A stretch of 32,000 bases of DNA from contig NC_007517.1 in assembly GCF_000012925.1 (NCBI RefSeq), positions 3,390,001-3,422,000 on the forward strand, written 5' to 3'. Source of the stretch: Geobacter metallireducens GS-15 (GTDB lineage: Bacteria > Desulfobacterota > Desulfuromonadia > Geobacterales > Geobacteraceae). Below, piece after piece: positions 16,855 to 25,069 of the stretch. The first letter of the stretch is position 1; every line of letters starts with the position of its first letter. Both the position numbers and the translations under genes were made by a program. The notes below the pieces were generated by a model that was given only the letters and a program-made list of their open reading frames with translations, ran no database searches and was not told the DNA's origin.

Positions 16855-18873
16855 TTAGACCGCAGCCATAGCGACGCGGTAGCAACGCAGACAACGCTCT
16901 GCTTCGCGGATCGCCTGACTGTCGGCAAAACCGAGCTCGACTTCCTGGTAGTTCCCCTTGCTGGCCCGCTCCCGGCCATGAACTTCGGCCTGGTGCGCCC
17001 TCTCAACCGAGTCGAGCCACGGCACCGCTTCACCCTTGTCGTAGACCGGCAGGTTGGTAAGGATGTCCTCCATGAACTCGTCGTCGGTCAGGTACACCTT
17101 TCCCTCCTCCAGCCAGCGCTGGATGACCCGTGCCGCCCGGTGGGCATTGCCGATGCAGGCAACGACGGTCAGCGGACCGATCTCGGCGTCACCACCGGCA
17201 AAGACGCCGTCCAGGTCGGTAATGAGGGTCCGGACGAGGGGGTTCCCCATACCATCCTTCAGATCCTTGCCCGCTGCGTCCTTGAGGGGAATGTACTTGG
17301 TGACCACGGTATTCCATTTGGTGATGTCGATCCCCATGTTCTCGGGAATGAACGAGAGGTCCGGGTCCTGACCGATGGCCGGGATGACCGTATCGCACTC
17401 AACCACGAACTCGCTGCCGGGAACCGGTTCGGGACGACGGCGCCCTGAGGCGTCGGGCTCTCCGAGGGCCATCCGGACACACTCGACGCCAGTAACCTGT
17501 TCGTTCTGGTCGACGATGATTTTGGTGGGAAGCACCTGAAACTCGAAGCGTACCCCCTCCTCGTCGGCGCCATCCACCTCCCACACGTCGGCCGGCATCT
17601 CCTTCCTGGAGCGGCGATAAAGGAGGATCGACTCCTCGGCCCCTTCACGCAGAGCAACACGGACGCAGTCGATGGCAGTGTTACCGCCGCCCACGACAAC
17701 CACTTTCTTACCCATGCCGGTAGGGCGCCCCATATAGGCCTCACGGAGGAAATCGATCCCTCCCCTGAGGAACCCCTTGTACCCCTTGTCCTCACCCTCG
17801 ACCCCCATGGGCTTCGAGCGGTGGGCGCCGGGAGCGAGAAAGACAGCATTGTACTTGCTCTTGAGTTCTTCGAGGGAGATATCAACGCCGATGCGGGTGT
17901 TGTAGATGATCTCAACTCCCATGGAGGCGATAATATCGATGTCCCGCTGCAGCAGATGCCGCGGTTGCCGGTAGGGGGGGATACCCACGGCGATCATGCC
18001 GCCGCCATACCCTTCGGGAAGAGCTTCGTAGATGGTGCAGGGATATCCTTCCAGGGCCAGGTAATAGGCACAGGCAAGGCCGGCAGGCCCGGCCCCGACA
18101 ATGGCAACCGTCTTATTCTTGCGGGGCTTCGGCTTCATGGGAGGCGCAACATTATGCATCCACTCATAGTCGGACGCAGAGCGCTTGAGTACCATGATAT
18201 TGATCGAATCATCCACGTTTTTGCGACGACAGTGGGTTTCGCACGGATGGGGGCAAACCCGTCCACAGACAGAGGGAAGAGGCATATTATCGCGGATGAC
18301 GTGAAGCGATTCGTCGAAGCGGTATTCCTTGATGGCCTCGATGTACGCAGGGATGTCGATATGGGCGGGACAGCGGTCCATGCACGGGGCGGTGTACTTC
18401 TCGATATAGCGATGGCTTGCCGTGGGCTTTTTGGCGCCATTGACGTAGGCAAGGAAGTCATCGCGGAAATGCTTTACCGCATCAATGACCGGCACCGTGG
18501 ACGATTGGCAGAGGGTACACTTGCAGTTTGCCAGGAGATCACCCAGATCGGCAATAGTATCCAGCTGGGCTTCAGTCCCTCTCCCCTCGACGATGGCGGC
18601 CAATGCGTCCATAAGGACACGGGTCCCCTTCTTGCCCGGAGTGCACTTACCGCAACAGTACAGGGTCTGCACCCTCTTCATGTATTCCGCGGCCATGGCC
18701 GGCACATCGACACCCTTATCGAAAACAATGATGCCGTCCCACCCCATAAAGGCGGCCAACGCCCGGTCACCGTCCAGGGTAGTCGGGAGCCTGAAGCTTG
18801 CGTCCTTCGCCTCGCTACCCGCGCGATTATCGACGACAGTCCCTCCCCAGCTCGAAAAAACCACCTGTGCCAC
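16855..18873 (-). CDS. sfrB: SfrB: NADPH-binding Fe-S flavoprotein (GltD / glutamate synthase small-subunit-like with a NuoF-like N-terminal Fe-S region)
   Basis: 672 aa. GTG start with a GGAGG Shine-Dalgarno sequence 6 nt upstream. Motifs: CGKCTPGKKG, CGRVCPHPCETHCRR, VAIVGAGPAGLACAYYL, VVVVGGGNTAIDC, C-terminal CLRCY. Confidence 0.9.
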   Translation of the reverse strand: MAQVVFSSWGGTVVDNRAGSEAKDASFRLPTTLDGDRALAAFMGWDGIIVFDKGVDVPAMAAEYMKRVQTLYCCGKCTPGKKGTRVLMDALAAIVEGRGTEAQLDTIADLGDLLANCKCTLCQSSTVPVIDAVKHFRDDFLAYVNGAKKPTASHRYIEKYTAPCMDRCPAHIDIPAYIEAIKEYRFDESLHVIRDNMPLPSVCGRVCPHPCETHCRRKNVDDSINIMVLKRSASDYEWMHNVAPPMKPKPRKNKTVAIVGAGPAGLACAYYLALEGYPCTIYEALPEGYGGGMIAVGIPPYRQPRHLLQRDIDIIASMGVEIIYNTRIGVDISLEELKSKYNAVFLAPGAHRSKPMGVEGEDKGYKGFLRGGIDFLREAYMGRPTGMGKKVVVVGGGNTAIDCVRVALREGAEESILLYRRSRKEMPADVWEVDGADEEGVRFEFQVLPTKIIVDQNEQVTGVECVRMALGEPDASGRRRPEPVPGSEFVVECDTVIPAIGQDPDLSFIPENMGIDITKWNTVVTKYIPLKDAAGKDLKDGMGNPLVRTLITDLDGVFAGGDAEIGPLTVVACIGNAHRAARVIQRWLEEGKVYLTDDEFMEDILTNLPVYDKGEAVPWLDSVERAHQAEVHGRERASKGNYQEVELGFADSQAIREAERCLRCYRVAMAAV

Positions 18874-18954
18874 GCACGCCTCCGTTCAGACCTTCACAGA
18901 CAGGATCTATATCACTTAACCACTTATATTTATTAATTGTTTTAGCTAGCCACA

Positions 18955-18973
18955 ATTGTATACAGTATGCAAT
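18955..18973. promoter_or_regulatory. Near-perfect palindrome (candidate operator) in the sfrB / M29-peptidase divergent region
   Basis: aTTGtATAC-a-GTATgCAAt, with 8 of 9 arm positions complementary. It sits in a 244-bp AT-rich intergenic region. Confidence 0.3.
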
Positions 18974-19038
18974 ATCTATCACAACATCCTTTGATAAATC
19001 AAGGGAAAAAATAACAAATCATTGGTTTTCCCTTATGA

Positions 19039-19067
19039 TTGCTCCACCTCTCCCCCTCTGGTATAGT
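19039..19067 (+). promoter_or_regulatory. Candidate sigma-70 promoter of the M29 aminopeptidase gene
   Basis: TTGCTC (19039..19044), 17-nt spacer, TATAGT (19062..19067). It lies about 50 nt upstream of the ATG. Confidence 0.4.
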
Positions 19068-19117
19068 TCCCGGACAGCCACCAGTCGTGACCCATCCATA
19101 CGGAAAAGGAGCCTGTA

Positions 19118-20242
19118 ATGTATCAGGATGCTTTCAGATCGCTATTTGAGATTAATATGGGGATTCGTAGCGGAGAACGGGTACTTGTTTTCAGTGACAC
19201 GATCCGCATCGACGAGGCACCAATCCCTTCCGAGCGGAACCGCCGCGAACGCCTATTGCAGGTAGCGGAGGAAGCCGCCCGTTTCGCGGAAACAACGTAC
19301 GGAAGGACGGATTTCGTTTCTTTCCCCGCAACTGCCGCATCGGGAGCCGAGCCGCCGGAAACTCTCTGGCGGTCAGCCTTCGGGAATGGCATTGTCGACA
19401 CGCTTGCCGCCGAGGGCATCCTGCCGCGTCTGTTGGCAAAAGAGGCTACAGCGGACGATGTTGAGCGCTCCAGGGAACTGATACTCGCCTCCCGTCGTGA
19501 CGTGGTTGACGTGGTGGTGGCCCTGGCAAACAACTCAACGAGCCATACCCGCTTCCGGTCCCTCGTGAACGCGGCCGGAGGACGCTTCGCAAGTCTTCCC
19601 CACTTCGATCCCGAAATGTTCTTCACCTCCATGCAGGTCGACTGGCATGCCCTGGCAGAACGGACCAAACAGCTTGCGGCGGCAGTTAACGAAGCAACGG
19701 AAATCCTTATTGAAACCCCCAACGGGACGCGGATGCGGATCGGCAAGGCGGGTCGACAGGCCGAGGGAGACGACGGCCTCCTGACCGCACCGGGAAGCTT
19801 CGGCAACCTCCCGGCCGGCGAGGTCTACCTGGCCCCCCTCGAAGGGACAAGCGAAGGGGTCATGGTGCTGGAGTATGGACCGACCCGAAAGCTCTCCTCC
19901 TCCGTGGAACTAATCGTGCGCAACGGAATCGTTACCGATATCCGCGGCGACGAACCCCATCGGGAGTGGCTTGAACGCCGGTTCGCCGAGAACGGAAAAA
20001 ACCGCAACATCGCCGAACTCGGCATTGGAACCAATGACCGTGCTACCAGGCCCGACAACATACTCGAAGCAGAGAAGATTCTCGGCACTATCCACATCGC
20101 CCTCGGTGACAATTCAGGTTTCGGCGGCACGGTCCAGACGCCGTTTCACGAGGACTACGTCTTCTACCGACCAACCCTTACCGCCGTAGCCGCTAATGGC
20201 TCCCCCACGGTGCTGTTGAGGGACGGTACGCTTTTGCTCTAA
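19118..20242 (+). CDS. M29-family (AmpS/PepS-type, aminopeptidase T-like) metallo-aminopeptidase
   Basis: 374 aa. C-terminal signature NIAELGIGTNDRA...EAEKILGTIHIALGDN. AAGGAG Shine-Dalgarno sequence. Confidence 0.75.
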   Translation: MYQDAFRSLFEINMGIRSGERVLVFSDTIRIDEAPIPSERNRRERLLQVAEEAARFAETTYGRTDFVSFPATAASGAEPPETLWRSAFGNGIVDTLAAEGILPRLLAKEATADDVERSRELILASRRDVVDVVVALANNSTSHTRFRSLVNAAGGRFASLPHFDPEMFFTSMQVDWHALAERTKQLAAAVNEATEILIETPNGTRMRIGKAGRQAEGDDGLLTAPGSFGNLPAGEVYLAPLEGTSEGVMVLEYGPTRKLSSSVELIVRNGIVTDIRGDEPHREWLERRFAENGKNRNIAELGIGTNDRATRPDNILEAEKILGTIHIALGDNSGFGGTVQTPFHEDYVFYRPTLTAVAANGSPTVLLRDGTLLL

Positions 20243-20271
20243 TCCCCTTCACACAAATTGCTTGGGGTGGC

Positions 20272-20298
20272 TCAAGTTTTTTTACATCCATCCGATGA
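20272..20298 (+). promoter_or_regulatory. Sigma-28 (FliA)-like promoter upstream of the FapA/DUF342 gene
   Basis: TCAAGTTT (20272..20279), N11, TCCGATGA (20291..20298), against the consensus TAAAGTTT-N11-GCCGATAA (7/8 and 6/8 matches, correct spacing). It overlaps a weaker sigma-70 candidate: TTACAT, 18-nt spacer, TATAGA (20306..20311). Confidence 0.4.
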
Positions 20299-20361
20299 GT
20301 ATGCCTATAGACGCACGTCTTCAGAGAGACTCAACAACACCCAACCGAGTAAGGTGGAAGC

Positions 20362-22002
20362 ATGGGAGAATCCCCCTCAAACCCTTCGGGTCTCACCTTC
20401 AGGCTCGCCGATGACCGCAAGCTCAAGGCCATCTATGTGCCTGCGGCCGAGAAAGCCTCCGTGAACCTCGGCTTCCTGAGGCATGCCCTCGTCGCCGGCG
20501 GCTTCGCCGATCTCTTCATCTACGACCATGCCCTCGTGGAGCTCATCAAGCGCTATAATGCCGCCACCCAGGAGTTCGTCTACGATGTCGGCGAACAACG
20601 CGACGGGACCTACATCATCCGCAACACTCCTGACAACATCGAGGCCTATCTGACCCTGACCCGCCCCTATGGCGGGAAACCGGTATGCCCGGAACAGCTG
20701 CACCAGGCCCTCAGAGAGCAGGGGGTTATCTATGGAGTCCTCACAGATGAAATCGAGACGGCCATAGAGGCCGGCGAGGCCACGGACCTGCTCATTGCGC
20801 GGGGAATTCCCCCTGAGCAGGGGACCGACGCAGAACTGGTAAGCCTGATCCCCCAGGCACGCGACCGGCAACCCGAACTTCAGGACAACGAAACCGTCGA
20901 CTATCGTGACAGGGGAGAGATCAGCAGCGTCAAGGCGGGTGATCCCCTCATGCGCCGGATTCCTCCGACCCCGGGAAAGCCGGGTACCAACATCATGGGA
21001 AAGGAGGTCCCGGCACCACCGGCAAAGGATCTCAAGTTTACCCCGAACCTGCCCGGCACGACCTTTGCCCCCGACGACCCCGACCTTCTCATTGCCGCCA
21101 TCGACGGACAACCGGTGCTCGTGGCCAACGGCGTCATGATCGAGCCGGTCATAAAGATCAAAAATGTCGACCTTTCATCGGGCAACATCAGCTTCAAGGG
21201 TTCCGTCGACATTTCAGGGGATATTACCCCGGGGATGACGGTGCGCGCCACGGGCGACATCACCGTCGGCGGTGTCGTCGAAGGGGCCACCCTTGAGGCG
21301 GAGGGGGACATTGTGGTGCGGGGAGGGATAATCGGCCCGGGAGAGAACCGGGACCCCAAGGGTAAGTCAGGCCAAGAACGCGCCCTGATCCGCGCAAAGG
21401 GTAACATTGAGGCGCTCTTTGTGGAAAACTCCCTTGTGGAGGCCGGCGGCATGATCCAGATTGCAGGATTTGCCATGCAAAGCAACTTGGTGGCCGGCAC
21501 CCAGGTTGTGGTGGGCCAGGAGGGGACCACGAAAGGGCACATCATCGGCGGGTCCTGTCAGGCGGTATCGCGGATCCAGGCAGTAACCCTCGGTTCCCAC
21601 GCGGGAGTCCACACCACAGTGAGCGTGGGGGTTAATCCCCACGTAAAGGAAAAGCTCTCCACCGTCAAATTGAAGATCGCTGAAGCGGAGCGTGAACTCG
21701 ACGAATTGACCAAGAGACTTGACTACTTTGCCTCTACCCCACTCAAAGGCTCCCCCGAGCAGATCAATGAGACCCGCCAGGCCAAGGACAAGCTCGTGAC
21801 GGCGCTATCGGAACTCAAGGGAGAAAGGAAACGGCTCGAAAAGAGGCTCGAACAGGCCTCCGATGCCCTGATACGCGTGGAGCGGGCCGTATTGAGCGGC
21901 GTTGTCATCTCCATCGGCACCAAGACCCTCGAAGTGAAAGATGACATGGAAGGAGGGATCACCTTCCGACTGGAAGATGACGCCATCGTCGCCTCCCAGT
22001 GA
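20362..22002 (+). CDS. FapA-family (DUF342) protein
   Basis: 546 aa. The central region looks like beta-helix repeats (GNISFKGSVDISGDITPGMTVRATGDITVGGVVEGATLEAEGDIVVRGGI). The C-terminus is a coiled coil (KLKIAEAERELDELTKRL...). This is the typical DUF342 architecture. Confidence 0.85.
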   Translation: MGESPSNPSGLTFRLADDRKLKAIYVPAAEKASVNLGFLRHALVAGGFADLFIYDHALVELIKRYNAATQEFVYDVGEQRDGTYIIRNTPDNIEAYLTLTRPYGGKPVCPEQLHQALREQGVIYGVLTDEIETAIEAGEATDLLIARGIPPEQGTDAELVSLIPQARDRQPELQDNETVDYRDRGEISSVKAGDPLMRRIPPTPGKPGTNIMGKEVPAPPAKDLKFTPNLPGTTFAPDDPDLLIAAIDGQPVLVANGVMIEPVIKIKNVDLSSGNISFKGSVDISGDITPGMTVRATGDITVGGVVEGATLEAEGDIVVRGGIIGPGENRDPKGKSGQERALIRAKGNIEALFVENSLVEAGGMIQIAGFAMQSNLVAGTQVVVGQEGTTKGHIIGGSCQAVSRIQAVTLGSHAGVHTTVSVGVNPHVKEKLSTVKLKIAEAERELDELTKRLDYFASTPLKGSPEQINETRQAKDKLVTALSELKGERKRLEKRLEQASDALIRVERAVLSGVVISIGTKTLEVKDDMEGGITFRLEDDAIVASQ

Positions 22003-22082
22003 GCCTGCCACTTCGGGCCCCCTTCCCGATTGACAGCTTTAACAAAGTATGGAATGGTTCCTGGTCATCAGGGGAGGGAGCC

Positions 22083-22688
22083 ATGCTAGTCATAGGACTG
22101 ACCGGTGGGATAGCGTCGGGGAAAAGTACCGTTGCGCGGATATTGGAACGACTCGGCGCCACGATTATCGATGCCGACCTCCTCGCGAGGGAAGCTGTTC
22201 TTCCCGGCACCCCGGCCCACCGGGCCATCGTGGCCGCCTTCGGCACGGAGATCCTCCTGCCGGACGCCACCATCGATCGCAAAGCGCTGGGGCGCATCGT
22301 CTTCGCCAATCCGGATGCGCGGCGACGCCTGGAGGCCATAACCCATCCCGCCATCGCCCGCCTGTCACAAGCGCGGCTGGCAGAGGCCCGCCGCTCCGAC
22401 GCACCAGCGGTCTTTTACGTGGCGCCCCTGCTCATCGAGGCGGGAGCGGCTGACCGGGTTGACGATATCTGGGTAGTGTACGCCGATCGGGAGACACAGC
22501 TCGCTCGACTTACGGAGCGCGACGGAATCGGGCGAGGGGAGGCTGAACAGCGACTCGCAGCCCAGATGCCCATGGACGAAAAGGCTTCCTATGGCTCGGC
22601 CGTCATTGACAACCGGGGGACGTCAGAGGAGACGGAACGGCAGGTGGTTGCCCTTTGGAAGGAGAGAATAGAAAAAAACCCCCGGTAA
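22083..22688 (+). CDS. coaE: Dephospho-CoA kinase
   Basis: Starts MLVIGLTGGIASGKSTVARIL, with IIDADLLAREAV and THPAI. GGGGAGGGAG Shine-Dalgarno sequence. The track ORF from 21999 is an extension. Confidence 0.92.
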   Translation: MLVIGLTGGIASGKSTVARILERLGATIIDADLLAREAVLPGTPAHRAIVAAFGTEILLPDATIDRKALGRIVFANPDARRRLEAITHPAIARLSQARLAEARRSDAPAVFYVAPLLIEAGAADRVDDIWVVYADRETQLARLTERDGIGRGEAEQRLAAQMPMDEKASYGSAVIDNRGTSEETERQVVALWKERIEKNPR

Positions 22689-22704
22689 ATCCGGGGGTTT
22701 TTTT
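22672..22704. terminator. Bidirectional terminator shared by convergent coaE and iclR, overlapping both stop codons
   Basis: AAAAAAA, then stem CCCCCGG (22679..22685), loop taaat, stem CCGGGGG (22691..22697), then TTTTTTT. The coaE TAA is in the loop. The iclR stop (22703..22705) is in the T tract. Confidence 0.85.
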
Positions 22705-23485
22705 ATTTGTGGTAGCCGAGTTTCATGGAAATCTCATCGGCGGCCTGCGTAATGAGGGGAATGAGTTCCTTTGCCATCCTCTCGTCGGTAAAACGCATGG
22801 ATGGCCCGGAAAGACTGACCGCGCCGATGATCCGGCGGGTATAGTCACGGATCGGCGCGCCGGCACAGCGGACCCCCAGATCGAGTTCCTCGTTGTCGAT
22901 GGCGTACCCCTGCTCCGCCACTTCCATCAGGTGCTTTCTCAGCACGTCACGGTCGGTGATCGTATTGGGAGTGTACGGCTTGAGCTCTTTGACAGGGAAA
23001 AAGGCATCAAGTTCTTCGTCGGGCATGTATGCAATCTGAACCTTTCCCGCTGCGGTGCAGTATGCCGGAAGCCGGGAGCCGACACGGGGTACAACCCGCA
23101 CGGTGAGGTCGGTCTCCACCACATCCAGATAGACAATGCTCTGCTCCTTGAGAATCGCCACGTAGGCGGTCTCGTTGCACTCCTTGACGAGCCACTCGAG
23201 CACCGGCCGCGACTGGCGCAGAAGTCCCATCTGCTTGATGAAGGTCTGCCCCAGTTCCAGAGTCTTGAGCCCGAGCCGGTAGTTCTCCGTAACCCTGTTC
23301 TGCTCGATATAGCCCCGCGACTCCAGGGTGGCCAGGAGCCGGAACACGTTATTCTTGTGGAGTTTCAGCCGCTTGGAGAGCTCCGTAACGCCGAGTTCGT
23401 CCACATCTTCATGAAACTGCTCAAGAAGGTCAAGGGCGTGATCGACCGCCTGAATGATATATTCCGATTTATCCTTCTTGGCCAT
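22703..23485 (-). CDS. IclR-family transcriptional regulator
   Basis: The ATG at 23485 has an AGGAGG Shine-Dalgarno sequence. N-terminal wHTH (IQAVDHALDLLEQF...LGVTELSKRLKLHKNNVFRLLATLESRGYI) and an IclR effector domain (GAVSLSGPSMR). The GTG at 23596 is an unlikely extension. Confidence 0.9.
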   Translation of the reverse strand: MAKKDKSEYIIQAVDHALDLLEQFHEDVDELGVTELSKRLKLHKNNVFRLLATLESRGYIEQNRVTENYRLGLKTLELGQTFIKQMGLLRQSRPVLEWLVKECNETAYVAILKEQSIVYLDVVETDLTVRVVPRVGSRLPAYCTAAGKVQIAYMPDEELDAFFPVKELKPYTPNTITDRDVLRKHLMEVAEQGYAIDNEELDLGVRCAGAPIRDYTRRIIGAVSLSGPSMRFTDERMAKELIPLITQAADEISMKLGYHK

Positions 23486-23581
23486 TGGCCCTCCTCTTTC
23501 ACAGAAAGAAATAAGCCTTCTTACATAAGCTTTAAGGGGAAATAAGTCAAGGGTAACGTCTCTGCCAGAAACCGTCACTCC

Positions 23582-23681
23582 ATTGTCAAGGCCCACTTCT
23601 CCGTTATATATTTATACGAAAACCCCTTGAACTGTAGAATATCGTTTTATAATTGTCAAGACTCATTATTTATTTTATAGT
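23582..23681 (+). promoter_or_regulatory. AT-rich iclR/usp control region with duplicated ATTGTCAAG elements acting as -35 boxes of two tandem sigma-70-like promoters
   Basis: Promoter 1: TTGTCA (23583..23588), 18-nt spacer, TATATT (23607..23612). Promoter 2: TTGTCA (23653..23658), 17-nt spacer, TATAGT (23676..23681). The 9-mer ATTGTCAAG is repeated exactly at 23582 and 23652. Confidence 0.4.
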
Positions 23682-23821
23682 CGTCTCACGGAGATAGCGT
23701 CAGCCGATATCGATGGCCTCATACCATAACCTCATCCCAATCGATTATTTTTCCCGCCTTACCCAGGAGCCGGCGAGACTCCCGGACAACTCCATGTCTG
23801 TTCTATTCCAGGAGATTCTCC

Positions 23822-24277
23822 ATGCTCAACCTGCGTAAAAAAATCCTTGTGGCCATTGATGGCTCCCCCTTCTCCGACAAAGCAGCCGAGGAAGCGGTCC
23901 GGATGGCTGCGGGGAACCCAAGCCAGTTCAAAAGCAAAATCTACGCCATGCTGGTCCTCCCCAATGCACCCCGGAGCACCTTCACCGACTTCGTCCCCCC
24001 GCCTCCCATCACGGAAACCAAGGAATGGGACGAACTGAGGGAGCGGGTCTTCTATGTCATCGAGAAGAACGCCAGGGAGGCGGATATCCCCCTCGAGATC
24101 AAGGTGGTGTATGGCGATCCCGCGGACGAGCTCATTGATTTCGCGGAAAAGGAACAGATTGACGTGATCGTGATCGGTAGTTCGGGGAAGGGATTCCTGA
24201 AACGGAAACTTCTGGGAAGCGTTTCCCACAAGGTGGTGAAGAACTCCCCCTGCTCGGTCTACATCGTCAGGGGATAG
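23822..24277 (+). CDS. Universal stress protein (UspA family)
   Basis: 151 aa. Motifs: KILVAIDGSPFSDKA, GDPADELIDFAEKEQIDVIVIGSSGKG, LGSVSHKVVKNSPCSVYIV. Confidence 0.9.
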   Translation: MLNLRKKILVAIDGSPFSDKAAEEAVRMAAGNPSQFKSKIYAMLVLPNAPRSTFTDFVPPPPITETKEWDELRERVFYVIEKNAREADIPLEIKVVYGDPADELIDFAEKEQIDVIVIGSSGKGFLKRKLLGSVSHKVVKNSPCSVYIVRG

Positions 24278-25064
24278 GGTGTTCGGTCTCCTTGCGGAGA
24301 TAGGAGAGAATTTCCCTGAGGCTTTCAACGATGATCCGTTCGTCGCGGGGAAACTCTTCGGGGGAGAGTTCGAGGGTCAGGGTATCGTTGTAGCCGGTGC
24401 TGCGCAGATGATTGAGAAAGCGGGTAAGAGGAAGGATGCCGTGTCCCGGCAGCAGGTGCTCGCGACCGTGGCCATAGTCTGAGAAGTGGATGTTCCTGAT
24501 CCGGCCGCTGTTGTAACAGAGATAGAAGTCGTTGATGAAGTTGGCCTTCCCCGACCCCATGTGGGTGGTGTCGAAGGTCATGAAAAGGTTGCGCTCCTGG
24601 ATGAAGTCGATGAACTTCGTCGTGCTGGAGAGGATATGGGGGTTCATCCTGACCCGTTTCCCCACCCACGGCATGTTCTCCAGGGTGACGATGACCCCCC
24701 CCTGCCCCACCTCCTTCTGGAAATCCATCACCCGGTAGAGCCAGCGCCAGAACCCCAGTTCGAACCCCATCCACGAGGGGGGGTGGAAATTCACCAGCTG
24801 AACGCCGCAGTCGGCCGAGAGTTCCACGCACCGCTTCAGCGAGTCGATGGAGCTTCCCCAGCCATCCAGGGGCATGAAGGGGGCGTGCATGGAGTGAATC
24901 GGCAGGATTTCCGCAAGCTCCCGGATGAGGGTGCGGCAGTTGACCTTCTGGAAGTCCTGATTGACGATGAGCTCCACCCCGTCGAACCCCGCATCCCGGG
25001 CAATGGCCATGACCTTGCCGAGGGGAAACGTAAAGAGGGTGCCGGTGGAGAGGGATATCCGCAT
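24267..25064 (-). CDS. Xylose-isomerase-like TIM-barrel protein (sugar-phosphate isomerase/epimerase, AP-endonuclease-2 superfamily)
   Basis: 265 aa. Motifs: GFDGVEL, HSMHAPF, VNFHPP, VTLENMP, HFSDY..HLLPGHG. Last gene of the DUF4212 operon. Confidence 0.8.
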   Translation of the reverse strand: MRISLSTGTLFTFPLGKVMAIARDAGFDGVELIVNQDFQKVNCRTLIRELAEILPIHSMHAPFMPLDGWGSSIDSLKRCVELSADCGVQLVNFHPPSWMGFELGFWRWLYRVMDFQKEVGQGGVIVTLENMPWVGKRVRMNPHILSSTTKFIDFIQERNLFMTFDTTHMGSGKANFINDFYLCYNSGRIRNIHFSDYGHGREHLLPGHGILPLTRFLNHLRSTGYNDTLTLELSPEEFPRDERIIVESLREILSYLRKETEHPIP

Positions 25065-25069
25065 CCCGC

